DNA of 64,000 nt from a bacterium (GTDB lineage Bacteria; Omnitrophota; Gorgyraeia; Zapsychrales; Zapsychraceae): assembly GCA_030429765.1 (NCBI GenBank), contig JAUIER010000008.1, positions 83,403-147,402 of the forward strand, given 5' to 3'. Shown piece by piece: positions 1 to 10,635 of the stretch (its first letter is position 1; each line of letters opens with the position of its first letter). A program made the position numbers and the translations under genes. Under the pieces are notes generated by a model. The model was given only the letters and a program-made list of their open reading frames with translations. It searched no databases and was not told the origin of the DNA.

Positions 1-2
1 TT

Positions 3-1682
3 CCTACAAAAGCATGGGCACAGAAACATTTGGAACAGCATCGCCGGCGTGCTTATGGGAGCTTACATGAAATGTTTGGGTTGGAGAATAAGGATGCCAA
101 GCTGAAAATCCAGGAAATCGAGTATCTCATAGAGGAACTTAAGAATTCTGATCAAAAAATGGCACAAATGCAGCTATGCGTTCATGTGTACTCCAAAAAT
201 TTGGAGTTGGTAAAGAAACGTTCGAATCAGGTGATTCGGATTTTTACGGAGCTCAACGGAGCGGAGGCTCACAATGAAAGATGGGGGGCAACTTTGCCTG
301 TTTTTATCGGCAGCTTGCCTGGATGGACGAAAGAGTCATCACGACAGATAACCCTTAAGACCCGTCAGGTCGCGGACATTCTTCCTATGTTTTCACAGTT
401 TCACACAAAGGACCGAGGTGAATGTCTATTCTTCAACCGTTCGCAGGGGTTGGTCTGCCATGATTTATTCAGTGAAGACTTAGACGCGTATAACTCCATT
501 GTCATCGGCGCCTCTGGATCTGGTAAAAGTTTTGTCACTCAGCAAATCATCCAACAGTACAGCAAGAATGAAATCTGTGAAATCTACGTCGATGTCGGTG
601 GAAGCTACCACAGGCATGTCGAGCTTAAGGGCGGGAGCAATATCGCTATAGGCTTAAAGAGTAAATTCACGTTGAATTTATTTGATTTGCCGCAAGGTAA
701 CACTTTCAGTCAACTCGATGATGAATCCAAGGAGGAGATAATTAATCTTAAGACTAACACCATTGCCTTAATGATTGGCGGATTTGGGCAATTTGAGTTC
801 GGTCAGATTGTTGAAGACTATCTGGCGCACAGTATCCGTTATTTGTACCAGAATGTTGATTATCCGGAATTAAGTGACCTCAAAAATGCACTCAAGTATT
901 GTGCCAAGCACAACAAGGTGTGGACGGAAAGTCAGGATGTGATTATTGGACTTCTGGGGATCTGGTTCAAAGGTGGACAGTATGGATCCTTCACAGATGG
1001 TAAAAGTACGATCTCAATGGACAACAATGTGATTTGTTTTGACCTTAAGGGGCTGAATAACTTTAAAAAGTTACAGAAAGTTCTCTTTTCCGTAATTACC
1101 AATGTGATCTGGTCGAAAGTGATGGGAGATAAGGAAAAGCCGAAGGTTGTTGTGTTTGATGAGGCCTGGCAACTGCTGGCCAGTCCTGAAGGCGCGTCAT
1201 TCATATCCGAATGCTATAGGACGTCCCGCAAGTATAAGTTTGCGGTGATCTCTATCAGTCAGTCACTTGAGGAATTTCGGTCCGATAAAATGCTGGCGGG
1301 AGCGATTCTTGGAAATGCACATACACTGTATATCCTCAGGCAAAACAATGCCGATGCGGTAGAGAATATCGTTAAATTCTTCAAATTCAACTCGCAAGAA
1401 CGGCGTCTCATTGAAAGTCTTCGCATCGAGAAGGGCAGCTACAGCGAAGTATTCCTATCCCAACGAAAAGGAATGGGAAACGTCAGAGGGGTATTGCGAA
1501 TTTACCCGACACCGTTGGAATTGTGGCTGGCAACGACCAATCGCGATGATGTGAACTATTTCGAGAAGGTTAAAAAACAGTATCCCAAGGCGAGTTTACT
1601 CAAAATTCTTGAGAAATGTGCTCTTAAATATCCTAATGGTGTCAAAACCAGTAAGAACCGAAAAGGAGGTGATCCACAATGA
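3..1682 (+). CDS. VirB4/TrbE/CagE-family type IV secretion ATPase, C-terminal ~550 aa; N-terminus lies beyond the window edge
   Basis: The reading frame is open to the window start; the tool start at 30 is a TTG. Walker A GASGSGKSF and Walker B VVVFDEAWQLL are present. It is the first gene of a T4SS-like array. Confidence 0.7.
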   Translation, partial: PTKAWAQKHLEQHRRRAYGSLHEMFGLENKDAKLKIQEIEYLIEELKNSDQKMAQMQLCVHVYSKNLELVKKRSNQVIRIFTELNGAEAHNERWGATLPVFIGSLPGWTKESSRQITLKTRQVADILPMFSQFHTKDRGECLFFNRSQGLVCHDLFSEDLDAYNSIVIGASGSGKSFVTQQIIQQYSKNEICEIYVDVGGSYHRHVELKGGSNIAIGLKSKFTLNLFDLPQGNTFSQLDDESKEEIINLKTNTIALMIGGFGQFEFGQIVEDYLAHSIRYLYQNVDYPELSDLKNALKYCAKHNKVWTESQDVIIGLLGIWFKGGQYGSFTDGKSTISMDNNVICFDLKGLNNFKKLQKVLFSVITNVIWSKVMGDKEKPKVVVFDEAWQLLASPEGASFISECYRTSRKYKFAVISISQSLEEFRSDKMLAGAILGNAHTLYILRQNNADAVENIVKFFKFNSQERRLIESLRIEKGSYSEVFLSQRKGMGNVRGVLRIYPTPLELWLATTNRDDVNYFEKVKKQYPKASLLKILEKCALKYPNGVKTSKNRKGGDPQ

Positions 1683-2074
1683 AATACATTCTAGTTTTTT
1701 CTATCTTGTTGTTATCCGGCTGCACCACGACCCAGAAGTATGCGGCAACGGGAGCTATCGTGGGATCTACTGTAGGTGGGGCGATCGGCTATCAGTCAGG
1801 TGATTCTTCTCAAGGGGCTGCTATCGGAGCTCTGACAGGCGGATCAATCGGTGTTGTCTTGGGCGAACAGAAGAAGCAGAAACTCTCCGACTATGACAGA
1901 GGCTTTGAATCGGGATACAGGCAGGGGCAGGCCGATTTGGCCAAGACAATGTGGAATCAGAATACCGGAAAGTGCGCTAATACCGGGGAGACAGTTTTAC
2001 TTATAGACGGTATTCCCAATGGACGCGTACAAGGCGTGATTTATCAGGAGCCGTACCAGGAGGTGAATCCATGA
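1679..2074 (+). CDS. Small lipoprotein with glycine-zipper repeats, VirB7-like by position
   Basis: Lipobox LLSGC; GxxxG-rich segment (GAIVGSTVGGAIGY..GALTGGSIGVVLG); stop/start overlaps the flanking genes. Confidence 0.45.
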   Translation: MKYILVFSILLLSGCTTTQKYAATGAIVGSTVGGAIGYQSGDSSQGAAIGALTGGSIGVVLGEQKKQKLSDYDRGFESGYRQGQADLAKTMWNQNTGKCANTGETVLLIDGIPNGRVQGVIYQEPYQEVNP

Positions 2075-2754
2075 AAAGAATAATATTGGCTGTGGGGATT
2101 GTGATATGTATTTCATCACCTGGTTATGCGAGTGACGCGTGGGCCATTCTCAAGATGATTTCCACTCAATCCATTGAGCACAAACAACGCCTTGGTCAAC
2201 TGCGGCGGCAGGTCGAGTATCTGGAAAAGGCGGCCGAGGGTATTGATGGTGTTGAGTTTATTACGGATTTTAGGAATATGCTCGTTGAAGGGGAAAGTTA
2301 TCTCAATAAAATTGATGGATTTATTCGATCAAAAACAGAATCCTCTCAAGAATGGCAGAGTATCTTTGGCAACAATGATCCCTGGATACAGGATAGCAGT
2401 CCACTTCGCGAAAATATTCAGATTTCCGATCAAATCAATCAAGACAGCTATGCCATTGGAGACAGTTTTCAGGAACTTTATCAGAACAACACGGCAGAAA
2501 TTAATCAATTAATTAGTAATTCCCGCCATGTAAGCGAGAAGGGGGCCTTGAAGCAGATCAGCGAATCATTAGCGCATCTATTACAAATGCAGAATCATTT
2601 GATTTATTTGATGTCCCAGCAATTGAAGCAAAACAGTGTGGAGTTTTCCAATAAGAACAAACAACGAAAAGAGGCGGAAATCATCCTGGAGGAAGAGAAA
2701 AAAGGTGTTCGGGATTATATGAATCTCATCGACAAACATTCATTGGACATGTAG
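2071..2754 (+). CDS. Secreted alpha-helical protein, VirB5/TrbJ-like by size and position
   Basis: N-terminal signal peptide; 227 aa with coiled-coil character; sits between the VirB4-like and VirB6-like genes. Confidence 0.35.
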   Translation: MKRIILAVGIVICISSPGYASDAWAILKMISTQSIEHKQRLGQLRRQVEYLEKAAEGIDGVEFITDFRNMLVEGESYLNKIDGFIRSKTESSQEWQSIFGNNDPWIQDSSPLRENIQISDQINQDSYAIGDSFQELYQNNTAEINQLISNSRHVSEKGALKQISESLAHLLQMQNHLIYLMSQQLKQNSVEFSNKNKQRKEAEIILEEEKKGVRDYMNLIDKHSLDM

Positions 2755-2763
2755 GAGGCCGCA

Positions 2764-3873
2764 ATGGAGGTAATTCTAAATTTTGCCAAGCAGGATATTG
2801 AGCATGTAATTGGTCTAGGAAAAACATTGGCAGGCGGATTCCTGGTTTTGGCCTGTTTGCTAAATTACATCGCGACTGTCCAAGGTAAGGCGAATTGGCC
2901 GGCTTTGATGGTCAGTTTTGTGATGGCGATATTCATTCTACATAACTATGTCGGGATTATGGATACAACGGTGGAATTGATCGCCATTGTAAATCAAGAG
3001 GTCAATAAGAAGGATACTTATTTATCAAGTTATATCAAGATGGTCGATGATTTTCGCTCGGTCTATGAACAGAATCAGAAGGAAAAGTTCTCCATATTCG
3101 ATATCGGTTACAAACTTCTGCACAATTTGATTACCAATCTATCGTTTATGTTCTACGGAGCCGTGATCTACATCATGAAATTTGTTAGAGAACACCTACT
3201 CGGCATTATGTTTCGGCTGGGGCCGCTGGTCATACCGTTTATGGTCTTTAATAACACCAAGAAAGTACCCATTGGCTGGTACGCGAGTTTTGTGTCAGTT
3301 TGCCTGTGGCCCTTGGTATGGCAATTAGTCTTAACATATGCAGTAGAACAGGCAAGTCAGATTGACCTAAGCTTCAATAATATTGTGCACTTTGTAAATT
3401 TGAATTTTGTTGTCTGTATTCTGGTTGTCCTGACTCCAGTTCTCGTATCATCTTTGGTGGCCGGTGTGGGAATCGGCGCGGCCAGCTACATCACAAGCTT
3501 ATTTGCCATAAAACAGGCCAGTGAACTTACTCAAAGGACCGCCAAAACCTTTGCAGGCGGGATTGGCGGAGGAATTACAGGGGGAGTAGCTACTTATTCT
3601 CAAATCAAGAAAGAACTTCCGGGAGTCAGACCCGGGTTTTTCCCTGAAGATCGACTCAGGATGCTTCGTTCTGTGGCAACTGGTAGTTTAACGGGGGCTT
3701 TGGAAGGAGCAGGAATGAAATCTACAAGTCGGGATATACAGTTTCAGAGGGCAATTAAGGGTCTCAGGACACAAAAGGAGGAATTAAATGAGCCAAAACG
3801 CAAAAGTTCGGTGGCAGCTGGAAAAGAACAACCAGGTGTTGAGCCTCTTTGGATTGCTCAGCATTTGTATTAA
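2764..3873 (+). CDS. Polytopic membrane protein, VirB6/TrbL-like
   Basis: Multiple predicted TM helices; Gly-rich C-terminal tail (GGIGGGITGG); lies in the T4SS array. Confidence 0.4.
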   Translation: MEVILNFAKQDIEHVIGLGKTLAGGFLVLACLLNYIATVQGKANWPALMVSFVMAIFILHNYVGIMDTTVELIAIVNQEVNKKDTYLSSYIKMVDDFRSVYEQNQKEKFSIFDIGYKLLHNLITNLSFMFYGAVIYIMKFVREHLLGIMFRLGPLVIPFMVFNNTKKVPIGWYASFVSVCLWPLVWQLVLTYAVEQASQIDLSFNNIVHFVNLNFVVCILVVLTPVLVSSLVAGVGIGAASYITSLFAIKQASELTQRTAKTFAGGIGGGITGGVATYSQIKKELPGVRPGFFPEDRLRMLRSVATGSLTGALEGAGMKSTSRDIQFQRAIKGLRTQKEELNEPKRKSSVAAGKEQPGVEPLWIAQHLY

Positions 3874-4342
3874 TGTCATTCTGGTCGTAGTCGTATTACT
3901 AAATACACAAATGCCTAAAATTCAATACTCAGATGAAGTGCTCAAGGACTTTTCACTTAAGATTTCGAAGCAATGTTTAACTTTTAACTCGGTATCACTA
4001 GCAAGCCAGATCGATAGTGTTCAGCAGTATTTGGGAGTTGATGTGCTGAAGTCTTTGCTGGATGACTTTAAGAAGCATGAAGAACTTATCGCGGAGAATG
4101 AAATTCAGCAGGAATTCAAGGTAACGAATATATCAGTCGTCAGATCTGAAGAGCCTTACTTACTTGAAATTGCCGGTATTCGCAGGATTTCATCAGGGCA
4201 GATAGACAATGTTGATGAAAGTGCCGCTCTCACGTACACCCTGGAGGTTCAACGTGTAGAAATAACACGGAAGAATCCATATGGGCTTGAAGTGATCAAC
4301 ATTATTGAAAATCGGGATCAGCTAAGCGAGGTGGAATCATGA
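3788..4342 (+). CDS. Bitopic membrane protein, VirB8-like by topology and position
   Basis: Short N-terminal segment, then one TM helix (VLSLFGLLSICINVILVVVVLL), then a ~140-aa periplasmic domain. The start is uncertain because it overlaps the upstream gene. Confidence 0.3.
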   Translation: MSQNAKVRWQLEKNNQVLSLFGLLSICINVILVVVVLLNTQMPKIQYSDEVLKDFSLKISKQCLTFNSVSLASQIDSVQQYLGVDVLKSLLDDFKKHEELIAENEIQQEFKVTNISVVRSEEPYLLEIAGIRRISSGQIDNVDESAALTYTLEVQRVEITRKNPYGLEVINIIENRDQLSEVES

Positions 4343-5160
4343 GAAGAATCCTTTTTCTGCTGGTTCTAAGCATAGTTTATCCTGTATCAGTATTTCCATC
4401 GGAAGGAAGGTATGACTCAACGGCAGAGGTGCTGCTTGATGTTAAGCTCCAAGAGGATCAAATAACGAGGGTGTATATAAGGCCTTTGTTTGCCACCAAG
4501 TTGGAAATGCCTGATCAGATCATCCGTGCTATTCCCGGGGATCAAACAGAGTCTTTGATAAAAACCGTCATCACCAAAGACCGGATGGGGATCTACATTA
4601 TTCCCGTGGCGGAGACTGGGATTACCAATCTCTTGGTCGATACCAATAATTCAAAGTTCAATTATGAAATTATTATCGGGGATGAACGGTTACTTGATTA
4701 CCGCCTTGGCAGTGCGAAGGCGAGTAGTGAATCACGATCCCCAGAGGTTCTGTCTCAGGAGTACTTACTATCTCTGGTCAATAATTATGACGTACTAAAA
4801 AATACTAATGTCATCAGTGACGGGGTGGCAGAGACAAAAAATATGATGAGTATCATTCGACGAGATGGCATTGTCTTATATACTCATCGAATACTTTTAC
4901 ATAAGAAACCACACTACTTGTGTTTTGACTTGACGGTAGAGAATGCTACGGAGTTCTCACAAGCCATAGATTTAGACAGTATCCGTGTACATATAAAGGA
5001 TCATCAATTTAAACCAAGACATAGTGTTGTCTACAGTCGGGACTTATTGCCGAATAGTCAGACAAAACTGGTTCTTGTTTTAGAGCATAGCTTCATTTCA
5101 ATACACAACGATTTCTATTTCAGTATGACAATCGGAGGTAAGAATTATGTCTTTCAATAA
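4339..5160 (+). CDS. Secreted protein, VirB9/TrbG-like by position
   Basis: Signal peptide; 273 aa; sits between the VirB8-like and VirB10-like genes. Confidence 0.3.
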   Translation: MRRILFLLVLSIVYPVSVFPSEGRYDSTAEVLLDVKLQEDQITRVYIRPLFATKLEMPDQIIRAIPGDQTESLIKTVITKDRMGIYIIPVAETGITNLLVDTNNSKFNYEIIIGDERLLDYRLGSAKASSESRSPEVLSQEYLLSLVNNYDVLKNTNVISDGVAETKNMMSIIRRDGIVLYTHRILLHKKPHYLCFDLTVENATEFSQAIDLDSIRVHIKDHQFKPRHSVVYSRDLLPNSQTKLVLVLEHSFISIHNDFYFSMTIGGKNYVFQ

Positions 5161-6055
5161 TCTATTCATTCAAGAGATAAAGCCTTCTGGGAAGCGACGT
5201 CTGACTATGCTTTCGTGGTGTTTTATAGGAGTGACGATTGCCATTGTTGTGATGTCCATGAAATCGAAACCCCTTGAGAAAAAAGACAGTAAGAATCAGG
5301 TATATGTTAATGAACAAGAACTATTGAAAGTAGTTCAAAAAAAATTAGCCAAGGAGAATGAGGTGGTAAGTATCTTTATACCGCCCGAGGCAAGCGCCGA
5401 ATTCGCACCCATCCATCAGGAAGAAATCGTGCAGAAAGGCCCACCTATTTTGTACGAGTACACAGAGGATGTACCTGTGAAAGAGGTGCCCTTCGGCAGC
5501 ATGATTAGGTGCATTTTAGTCAGCCGAATAGTAACTAACAATTTTAGTAGTCCGGTCGTCGCACAAATTGAATCAGACTTTTATTTTAATGACCAACTGC
5601 TCTTACCAGCTGGAACACGAATATTCGGGGAGGCTCGTAAAGGGATTGAGGGCGAGCGAGTCCTGGTATCATTCGGGCGGATGGTATTTCAAAAGGATGG
5701 TCAGGAAGTGGTTTTTAGCGGACGGGGAGTCAATGAAGATCTGAGCGGAGGACTTCAGGCGGTCATCGTCAATAAAACCAATAAGAAGAAAATAGCCTTA
5801 CGTATTTTGAACTTTCTGGGGGGTACGCTAATAGGGTTACAGGAGAAGGTCACTAACTCTATTACAGGAATTGATCAGATTGGAACAAGTTCCCGAAACG
5901 CGGTTTTGGAAGGGGTTGGAACAGCTTTTCATGAGGAGGCCAAACGGATTGAGCAAGAAATTGACCGGCTTCAAGGGCAGGGAATTGTCCCTGAAGGGAC
6001 GCCGTTTTATATATTTCTAGATGAACGGCTTGGGTTAGGGGGTGATGATGTCTAG
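5147..6055 (+). CDS. VirB10/TrbI-like protein
   Basis: N-terminal TM helix; C-terminal segment RVLVSFGRMVFQKDGQEVVFSGRGVNEDLSGGLQAVIVN resembles the VirB10 C-terminal barrel motif. Confidence 0.45.
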   Translation: MSFNNLFIQEIKPSGKRRLTMLSWCFIGVTIAIVVMSMKSKPLEKKDSKNQVYVNEQELLKVVQKKLAKENEVVSIFIPPEASAEFAPIHQEEIVQKGPPILYEYTEDVPVKEVPFGSMIRCILVSRIVTNNFSSPVVAQIESDFYFNDQLLLPAGTRIFGEARKGIEGERVLVSFGRMVFQKDGQEVVFSGRGVNEDLSGGLQAVIVNKTNKKKIALRILNFLGGTLIGLQEKVTNSITGIDQIGTSSRNAVLEGVGTAFHEEAKRIEQEIDRLQGQGIVPEGTPFYIFLDERLGLGGDDV

Positions 6056-6293
6056 ATTACTTAAATTGGAGAGTTTTTATGTGAATTCTACAAAAATACT
6101 AATTCGAGTAATACTTGTATTTCTTGCATTTTTGGTGGTGACCGGGGTAACTAGTGAATCCATTTCTTTCTATGAACGTTTTCAAAAACGAGCATATATA
6201 CGGATGTTCAGGATGGAGAATCCTGGGTTCATTAGTTATCGATATCTAACAGAGGCGTCCTTTATTCAAATACCACAGGAAGAAACGGAGTAG
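6042..6293 (+). CDS. Small membrane protein, hypothetical
   Basis: 83-aa ORF with one hydrophobic helix, packed between the VirB10-like and T4CP genes. Confidence 0.25.
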   Translation: MMMSRLLKLESFYVNSTKILIRVILVFLAFLVVTGVTSESISFYERFQKRAYIRMFRMENPGFISYRYLTEASFIQIPQEETE

Positions 6294-6296
6294 ATT

Positions 6297-8018
6297 ATGA
6301 AGGATTCAGACCTATTCGTTGCATTTCTCGTAACATTCATAACATGGAAACTTTTGGCGGTATTTGATGGTCTGAAGTTGACATCCGTCACCATAACACT
6401 ATTAGTAGGTGTGCTTGTGCTAGGTGGAGTCGTCCTATTTACAATCGCCCATTATATCGAACGAGCCTTGGATAGGTTGAATATGTGGCGCAATGGGATA
6501 GTTCCAGATTCAAAGAAAATGCCTTTATCATATCCGTTTAAACCATTCTGTTTGATGGAGTACTTACAACGATATTACACCGAAGGACAGAACTCAATGA
6601 GTACGTTTATTGGTTTATCTGCCGAACACCCTAAACCTAGGGAAATAACTATTCCGGATGAACAGCGATGCCAGCATTGTCAGATTATTGGGATAACCGG
6701 CTCTGGTAAAAGCGAAAGTCTGTTTTATCCTTTGATCTATCAGGATGCTTTAAAAGGCCGGCCTGTGATTATTCTCGATGCCAAGGGTGAGCTTGAAGCC
6801 GCCAATCGGATCAATGCTCTTATGAAAAATATTGGTCGGGATAAGGATTTCTATTTGTTTTCATTAACCCATAAGGATATATCGTGCTCGTATAATCCCA
6901 TTTTCGCCGGAGACTGTGATCCTCAGATTATCATAGACGCATTCTTAAATAATTTTATCGAGGAACACACATTTTTCCGAGAAACTTCCAAGACGATCTT
7001 TGAAAATACCTACATGATTCTGTATTCATTGGGTAAGCCATTTACGGTTATGGATATCTACGCATACTTGATGGATGAGAAGTGCCGTTTGTATGTCAAT
7101 GATTTGATCGACAAGGACAATGAAACGGGCAGTAAATCTTTGATGCTTCTAAATACGCTATTGAATAATCTGACTCAGCAGTACAAAGGTTGGCAGCATG
7201 TCATTACAGGCTTTGGAAACTATTTGTTAAAACATAAAGATCCAATATTTAACGACGGGGAAGGTGATATTGTTTTATCGGACATTATCCGAAATCGAAA
7301 AATTGTGTATTTTCAATTAGCAACCAATGCCTACCCGCTTCAGGCAGTGAGTGTCGCCCGTATGGTTCAGGCAAATCTACGCTATTTATCTTCACTGATT
7401 CAGTCAGGTGTGTTGTCGAAGGATATTTTGGTAAATGTCATCATTGATGAGTATGGATCACTCGCTGAAGACTCTTTTACGGAGGTTCTTAATAAGGCTC
7501 GCAGTAGCGGGATGATGGTGACCATTGCCCATCATAGTATCAGTGATTTAGCCGCAGTTTCGGAATCCTTTATGAACAGAGTGGATGAAAGTACGCTTAA
7601 CAAAATCTATTTGAAACAATCTGATCCGAAGCTATGTGAGTCGATAGCCAAGAGTCTCGGAACACATACCAAGTGGGCACCTACTTATCGAAAAATTGGC
7701 GGCCGATTCGGTAACCAAATACATATCGGGGAGTCGTCCAATAGATTGGTGAATGAATTTAACTTTTCACCAGACAAGATCAAGAGTCTTCATAAGTATG
7801 GGCAAGGATACTTTGTTTACAAGGGAGATAATACACAGGAGTGCGTAAATTTTGGTCATTTTAGAGAATTACAAAAATCACCATACAAAAAGAAATCAAA
7901 ACCGGAAAAACAAGAGGGAATCAATTTATTCGAAAAATATTGTCAGACGATGTCCGAGGATGTTGAGGATCTAGCGGAACAGTCAGTTCCAAGTTCTGGG
8001 ATAAAATTCGACGATTAG
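6297..8018 (+). CDS. Type IV coupling protein (VirD4/TraG/TraD family ATPase)
   Basis: Two N-terminal TM helices; Walker A IIGITGSGKSE; Walker B-like NVIIDEYGSL; 573 aa. Confidence 0.7.
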   Translation: MKDSDLFVAFLVTFITWKLLAVFDGLKLTSVTITLLVGVLVLGGVVLFTIAHYIERALDRLNMWRNGIVPDSKKMPLSYPFKPFCLMEYLQRYYTEGQNSMSTFIGLSAEHPKPREITIPDEQRCQHCQIIGITGSGKSESLFYPLIYQDALKGRPVIILDAKGELEAANRINALMKNIGRDKDFYLFSLTHKDISCSYNPIFAGDCDPQIIIDAFLNNFIEEHTFFRETSKTIFENTYMILYSLGKPFTVMDIYAYLMDEKCRLYVNDLIDKDNETGSKSLMLLNTLLNNLTQQYKGWQHVITGFGNYLLKHKDPIFNDGEGDIVLSDIIRNRKIVYFQLATNAYPLQAVSVARMVQANLRYLSSLIQSGVLSKDILVNVIIDEYGSLAEDSFTEVLNKARSSGMMVTIAHHSISDLAAVSESFMNRVDESTLNKIYLKQSDPKLCESIAKSLGTHTKWAPTYRKIGGRFGNQIHIGESSNRLVNEFNFSPDKIKSLHKYGQGYFVYKGDNTQECVNFGHFRELQKSPYKKKSKPEKQEGINLFEKYCQTMSEDVEDLAEQSVPSSGIKFDD

Positions 8019-8019
8019 A

Positions 8020-9048
8020 GTGTCAGTTATGAAAAAGCCGGTTGTACCACAAAAAGAATACCAAAAATTAATCAGAAATATTGCTAATGTGCTGGCAGTA
8101 TCCAGACAACGGGCGGCCAAAGCGGTTAATGCCGAGCTATTGAAGGCCTATTGGCGGATTGGTAAATATGTCGTTGAATATGAACAGGATGGAAGTCGAA
8201 GGGCACAGTATGGTGAAAAGATGCTTAGAAGTTTGGCGAGAGACTTAACACGGGAGTGCGGTAAAGGGTTTAGTTACAGTAATTTAAAGAATATGAGACT
8301 TTTATATGTTCGATATCCAAAAAGCCAGACACTGTCTGGCCAATTGGGTTGGTCGCATTATGTGGATTTGCTATCTATATCTGATGCTTTGGAGAGAGGA
8401 TTTTATGAAAAGCAATGTATTGCTGAAAAATGGTCGGTTCGCGAACTTAAACGGCAAAAGGACAGTGCTCTTTTTCACCGTGTGGCAATCAGTAAATCCC
8501 CCAAAGAAGTGTTATGTCTGGCAAAACAAGGTCAAAAAGTAGATCGGGACAAGGATATTATCCGGGATCCATATATTCTGGAATTCTTGAAAGTTCCCGA
8601 GGATCACTCGTTAACGGAGAAATCTTTGGAGCAGAAAATCATTGATAATTTACAGTCCTTTTTGTTGGAGATGGGTAAAGGGTTTGCCTTTGTTGCTAGT
8701 CAGTATCGAATTACTTTAGGTAACAACCACTACTACGTAGATTTAGTATTCTATCATCGTATTTTGAAATGCTTTGTTCTTATTGATCTAAAAATTACTT
8801 CTGTAAAGCATCAGGATATTGGGCAGATGAATATGTATCTCAACTACTTTAAAAGGGAAGAAAATGTTGAGGGAGATAATGCGCCTATAGGAATTATCCT
8901 CTCAGCCGACAAGGATGATGTATTAGTAGAGTATGCCACAGGAGGCATTTCAAACAAGCTATTTGTGTCAAAGTATCGGTTGCATTTGCCTAATAAAAAA
9001 GTGCTTACAGAGAAATTAAGGCGGACTTTAGAGTTAAGTGACATATAA
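8020..9048 (+). CDS. DUF1016/YhcG-like PD-(D/E)XK nuclease-family protein
   Basis: N-terminal region and C-terminal YVDLVFYHRILKCFVLIDLK motif are typical of the DUF1016 family, which often rides on mobile elements. Confidence 0.55.
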   Translation: MSVMKKPVVPQKEYQKLIRNIANVLAVSRQRAAKAVNAELLKAYWRIGKYVVEYEQDGSRRAQYGEKMLRSLARDLTRECGKGFSYSNLKNMRLLYVRYPKSQTLSGQLGWSHYVDLLSISDALERGFYEKQCIAEKWSVRELKRQKDSALFHRVAISKSPKEVLCLAKQGQKVDRDKDIIRDPYILEFLKVPEDHSLTEKSLEQKIIDNLQSFLLEMGKGFAFVASQYRITLGNNHYYVDLVFYHRILKCFVLIDLKITSVKHQDIGQMNMYLNYFKREENVEGDNAPIGIILSADKDDVLVEYATGGISNKLFVSKYRLHLPNKKVLTEKLRRTLELSDI

Positions 9049-9079
9049 CTGAAAATTATCTTCTGAGGAGGTGATTGAT

Positions 9080-9256
9080 TTGAAAAGGCGATATTTGAAT
9101 GTAGTTGAGGTGTCGCAGTACCTGGGATTCAGCGACAAGACTATTCGTAAATGGATCAGGGAAGGGACAATACCATTTCGGAAAATAAATGGCGGTATAA
9201 GATTTGATATTGATGCGATTGAAAAATGGCTTGGAACGTGTTCTCACCGTCGGTAA
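9080..9256 (+). CDS. AlpA/MerR-like HTH excisionase (Xis)
   Basis: Small HTH protein (VSQYLGFSDKTIRKWIREGTIPFRK) directly upstream of the integrase. Start is taken as the TTG 5 nt after a GGAGGTGA Shine-Dalgarno; the tool start is 9071. Confidence 0.55.
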   Translation: MKRRYLNVVEVSQYLGFSDKTIRKWIREGTIPFRKINGGIRFDIDAIEKWLGTCSHRR

Positions 9257-9365
9257 TCTAAAATCAATTGAAAATCCTTTCAAAAGGTCTATACTACTTA
9301 TTAATGTCAATGTTTTGTAGTAGGCCATTTGCAAGAATGAAAGGAGGCAGGAGAGGAGTTCACAA

Positions 9366-10391
9366 ATGGCTACTGTGTTTAGACGAAATAAGAAGTGGGG
9401 TATTAGTTTTGTAGACCCTTCCGGAAAACGTGTTCGACGTATAGTATCTCCATACAAAGAAACAGCTGTAAAAGTTCTTAAAAAAATAGAAGTACAAATA
9501 GCCGAAGGTAAATATCTTGACATAGAGGAGAAAGAAAAGCTGAAGACTCCTCTTTTCTCACAATTTGCTGAAATTTACTTTGAGAATCATGTCAAGATTC
9601 ACAACCGCACTGTCAAAAAGCATCGGTACTTCTTAAATGGGCTTGTTGACTACTTTGGAAACAAAAGTTTAGATGATATCCGTCAAGCTGATATTCAGCA
9701 GTATATTGTTCATCGTAGTCAAAAAATAAAATCATCGTCGATTAATCGTGAATTGTCGTTGCTAAAATCGATCTTCAATCGAGCCAGCGAATGGAGTTAT
9801 TTTGCAGGAGAGAATCCAACAAAGAATATTAAGAAGTTTACTGAAAATAACTCTCGGTGCCGTTGGCTTACGGAAGAAGAGCAATCTAAGCTGTTGAATA
9901 ATTGTACCGGCACCTTAAGGTTGTTGGTTCTGATTGCTCTAAAATCGGGGATGCGTTGGGGAGAGATAGTTAATTTGAAGTGGAGACAAATGCCCAACAG
10001 CAATTACGTTGATTTAGAAAATGGCGTATTCTTTGTGCATGAGTCTCTATCCAAAAGTAAAAAATCTCGCTACGTCCCAATCGCGGAATCTGTTAAAAAG
10101 GCGTTAATGGAGCATCCAAACAAAAACAATTCTGGATACGTCTTTATCAGTTATCGAACGGGCAAGCGGTTAAAAAGTATGAGAGGTTCGTTTTACCGGG
10201 AACTCAAAAAAATTGGTGTTGACGACTTTACGTTTCATGATCTTCGTCATACTTTTGCATCACACCTAGTCAGAAAAGGAGTTGATTTATTTGTGGTGCA
10301 AAAATTGTTAGGGCATGCGTCCATAAATATGACACAACGTTATGCGCATCTTCAACCGGGGAGATTGAAGGAGGCAATTGATAAGTTATAG
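9366..10391 (+). CDS. Tyrosine site-specific recombinase/integrase
   Basis: C-terminal HDLRHTFAS...LLGHASINMTQRYAHL catalytic motifs (R..H..R..Y); good Shine-Dalgarno. Confidence 0.85.
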   Translation: MATVFRRNKKWGISFVDPSGKRVRRIVSPYKETAVKVLKKIEVQIAEGKYLDIEEKEKLKTPLFSQFAEIYFENHVKIHNRTVKKHRYFLNGLVDYFGNKSLDDIRQADIQQYIVHRSQKIKSSSINRELSLLKSIFNRASEWSYFAGENPTKNIKKFTENNSRCRWLTEEEQSKLLNNCTGTLRLLVLIALKSGMRWGEIVNLKWRQMPNSNYVDLENGVFFVHESLSKSKKSRYVPIAESVKKALMEHPNKNNSGYVFISYRTGKRLKSMRGSFYRELKKIGVDDFTFHDLRHTFASHLVRKGVDLFVVQKLLGHASINMTQRYAHLQPGRLKEAIDKL

Positions 10392-10528
10392 AAAGTTGTT
10401 GCCAACTACGTAGAAATACGTATAATACTATTTTTCCCAGTGGCACCGATTTGGCACTTTGAGAATATTTTGAAGTTTAATAAAAATTAGCATGTTATAA
10501 GTTGTTGTATTACAAGAGTTTGTACACT

Positions 10529-10617
10529 GGAGAGGTGCTAGAGCGGCCGAATAGAGCTGACTGCTAATGAGTTGACCTGCGCGAGCGGGTCCCAGGGTTC
10601 GAATCCCTGCCTCTCCG
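10529..10617 (+). tRNA. Type-II tRNA (89 nt, long variable arm), most likely tRNA-Ser(GCU)
   Basis: Acceptor stem GGAGAGG/CCTCTCC; T-arm CAGGGTTCGAATCCCTG; variable-arm stem GACC/GGTC; anticodon loop CTGCTAA gives anticodon GCT. The inferred anticodon stem GCTGA/TGAGT has one G-G mismatch, so the isotype is not certain. Confidence 0.7.
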
Positions 10618-10635
10618 TTCTTCTACGCTTCTTGA

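Noticed and set aside
10529-10617. Alternative isotype calls for the type-II tRNA (Leu-UAA or Ser-UGA)
   Set aside because: Only the loop CTGCTAA gives a canonical U33/anticodon/purine-37 arrangement; the TAA and TGA triplets nearby fall in non-canonical loop positions. The stem mismatch keeps the call at moderate confidence.
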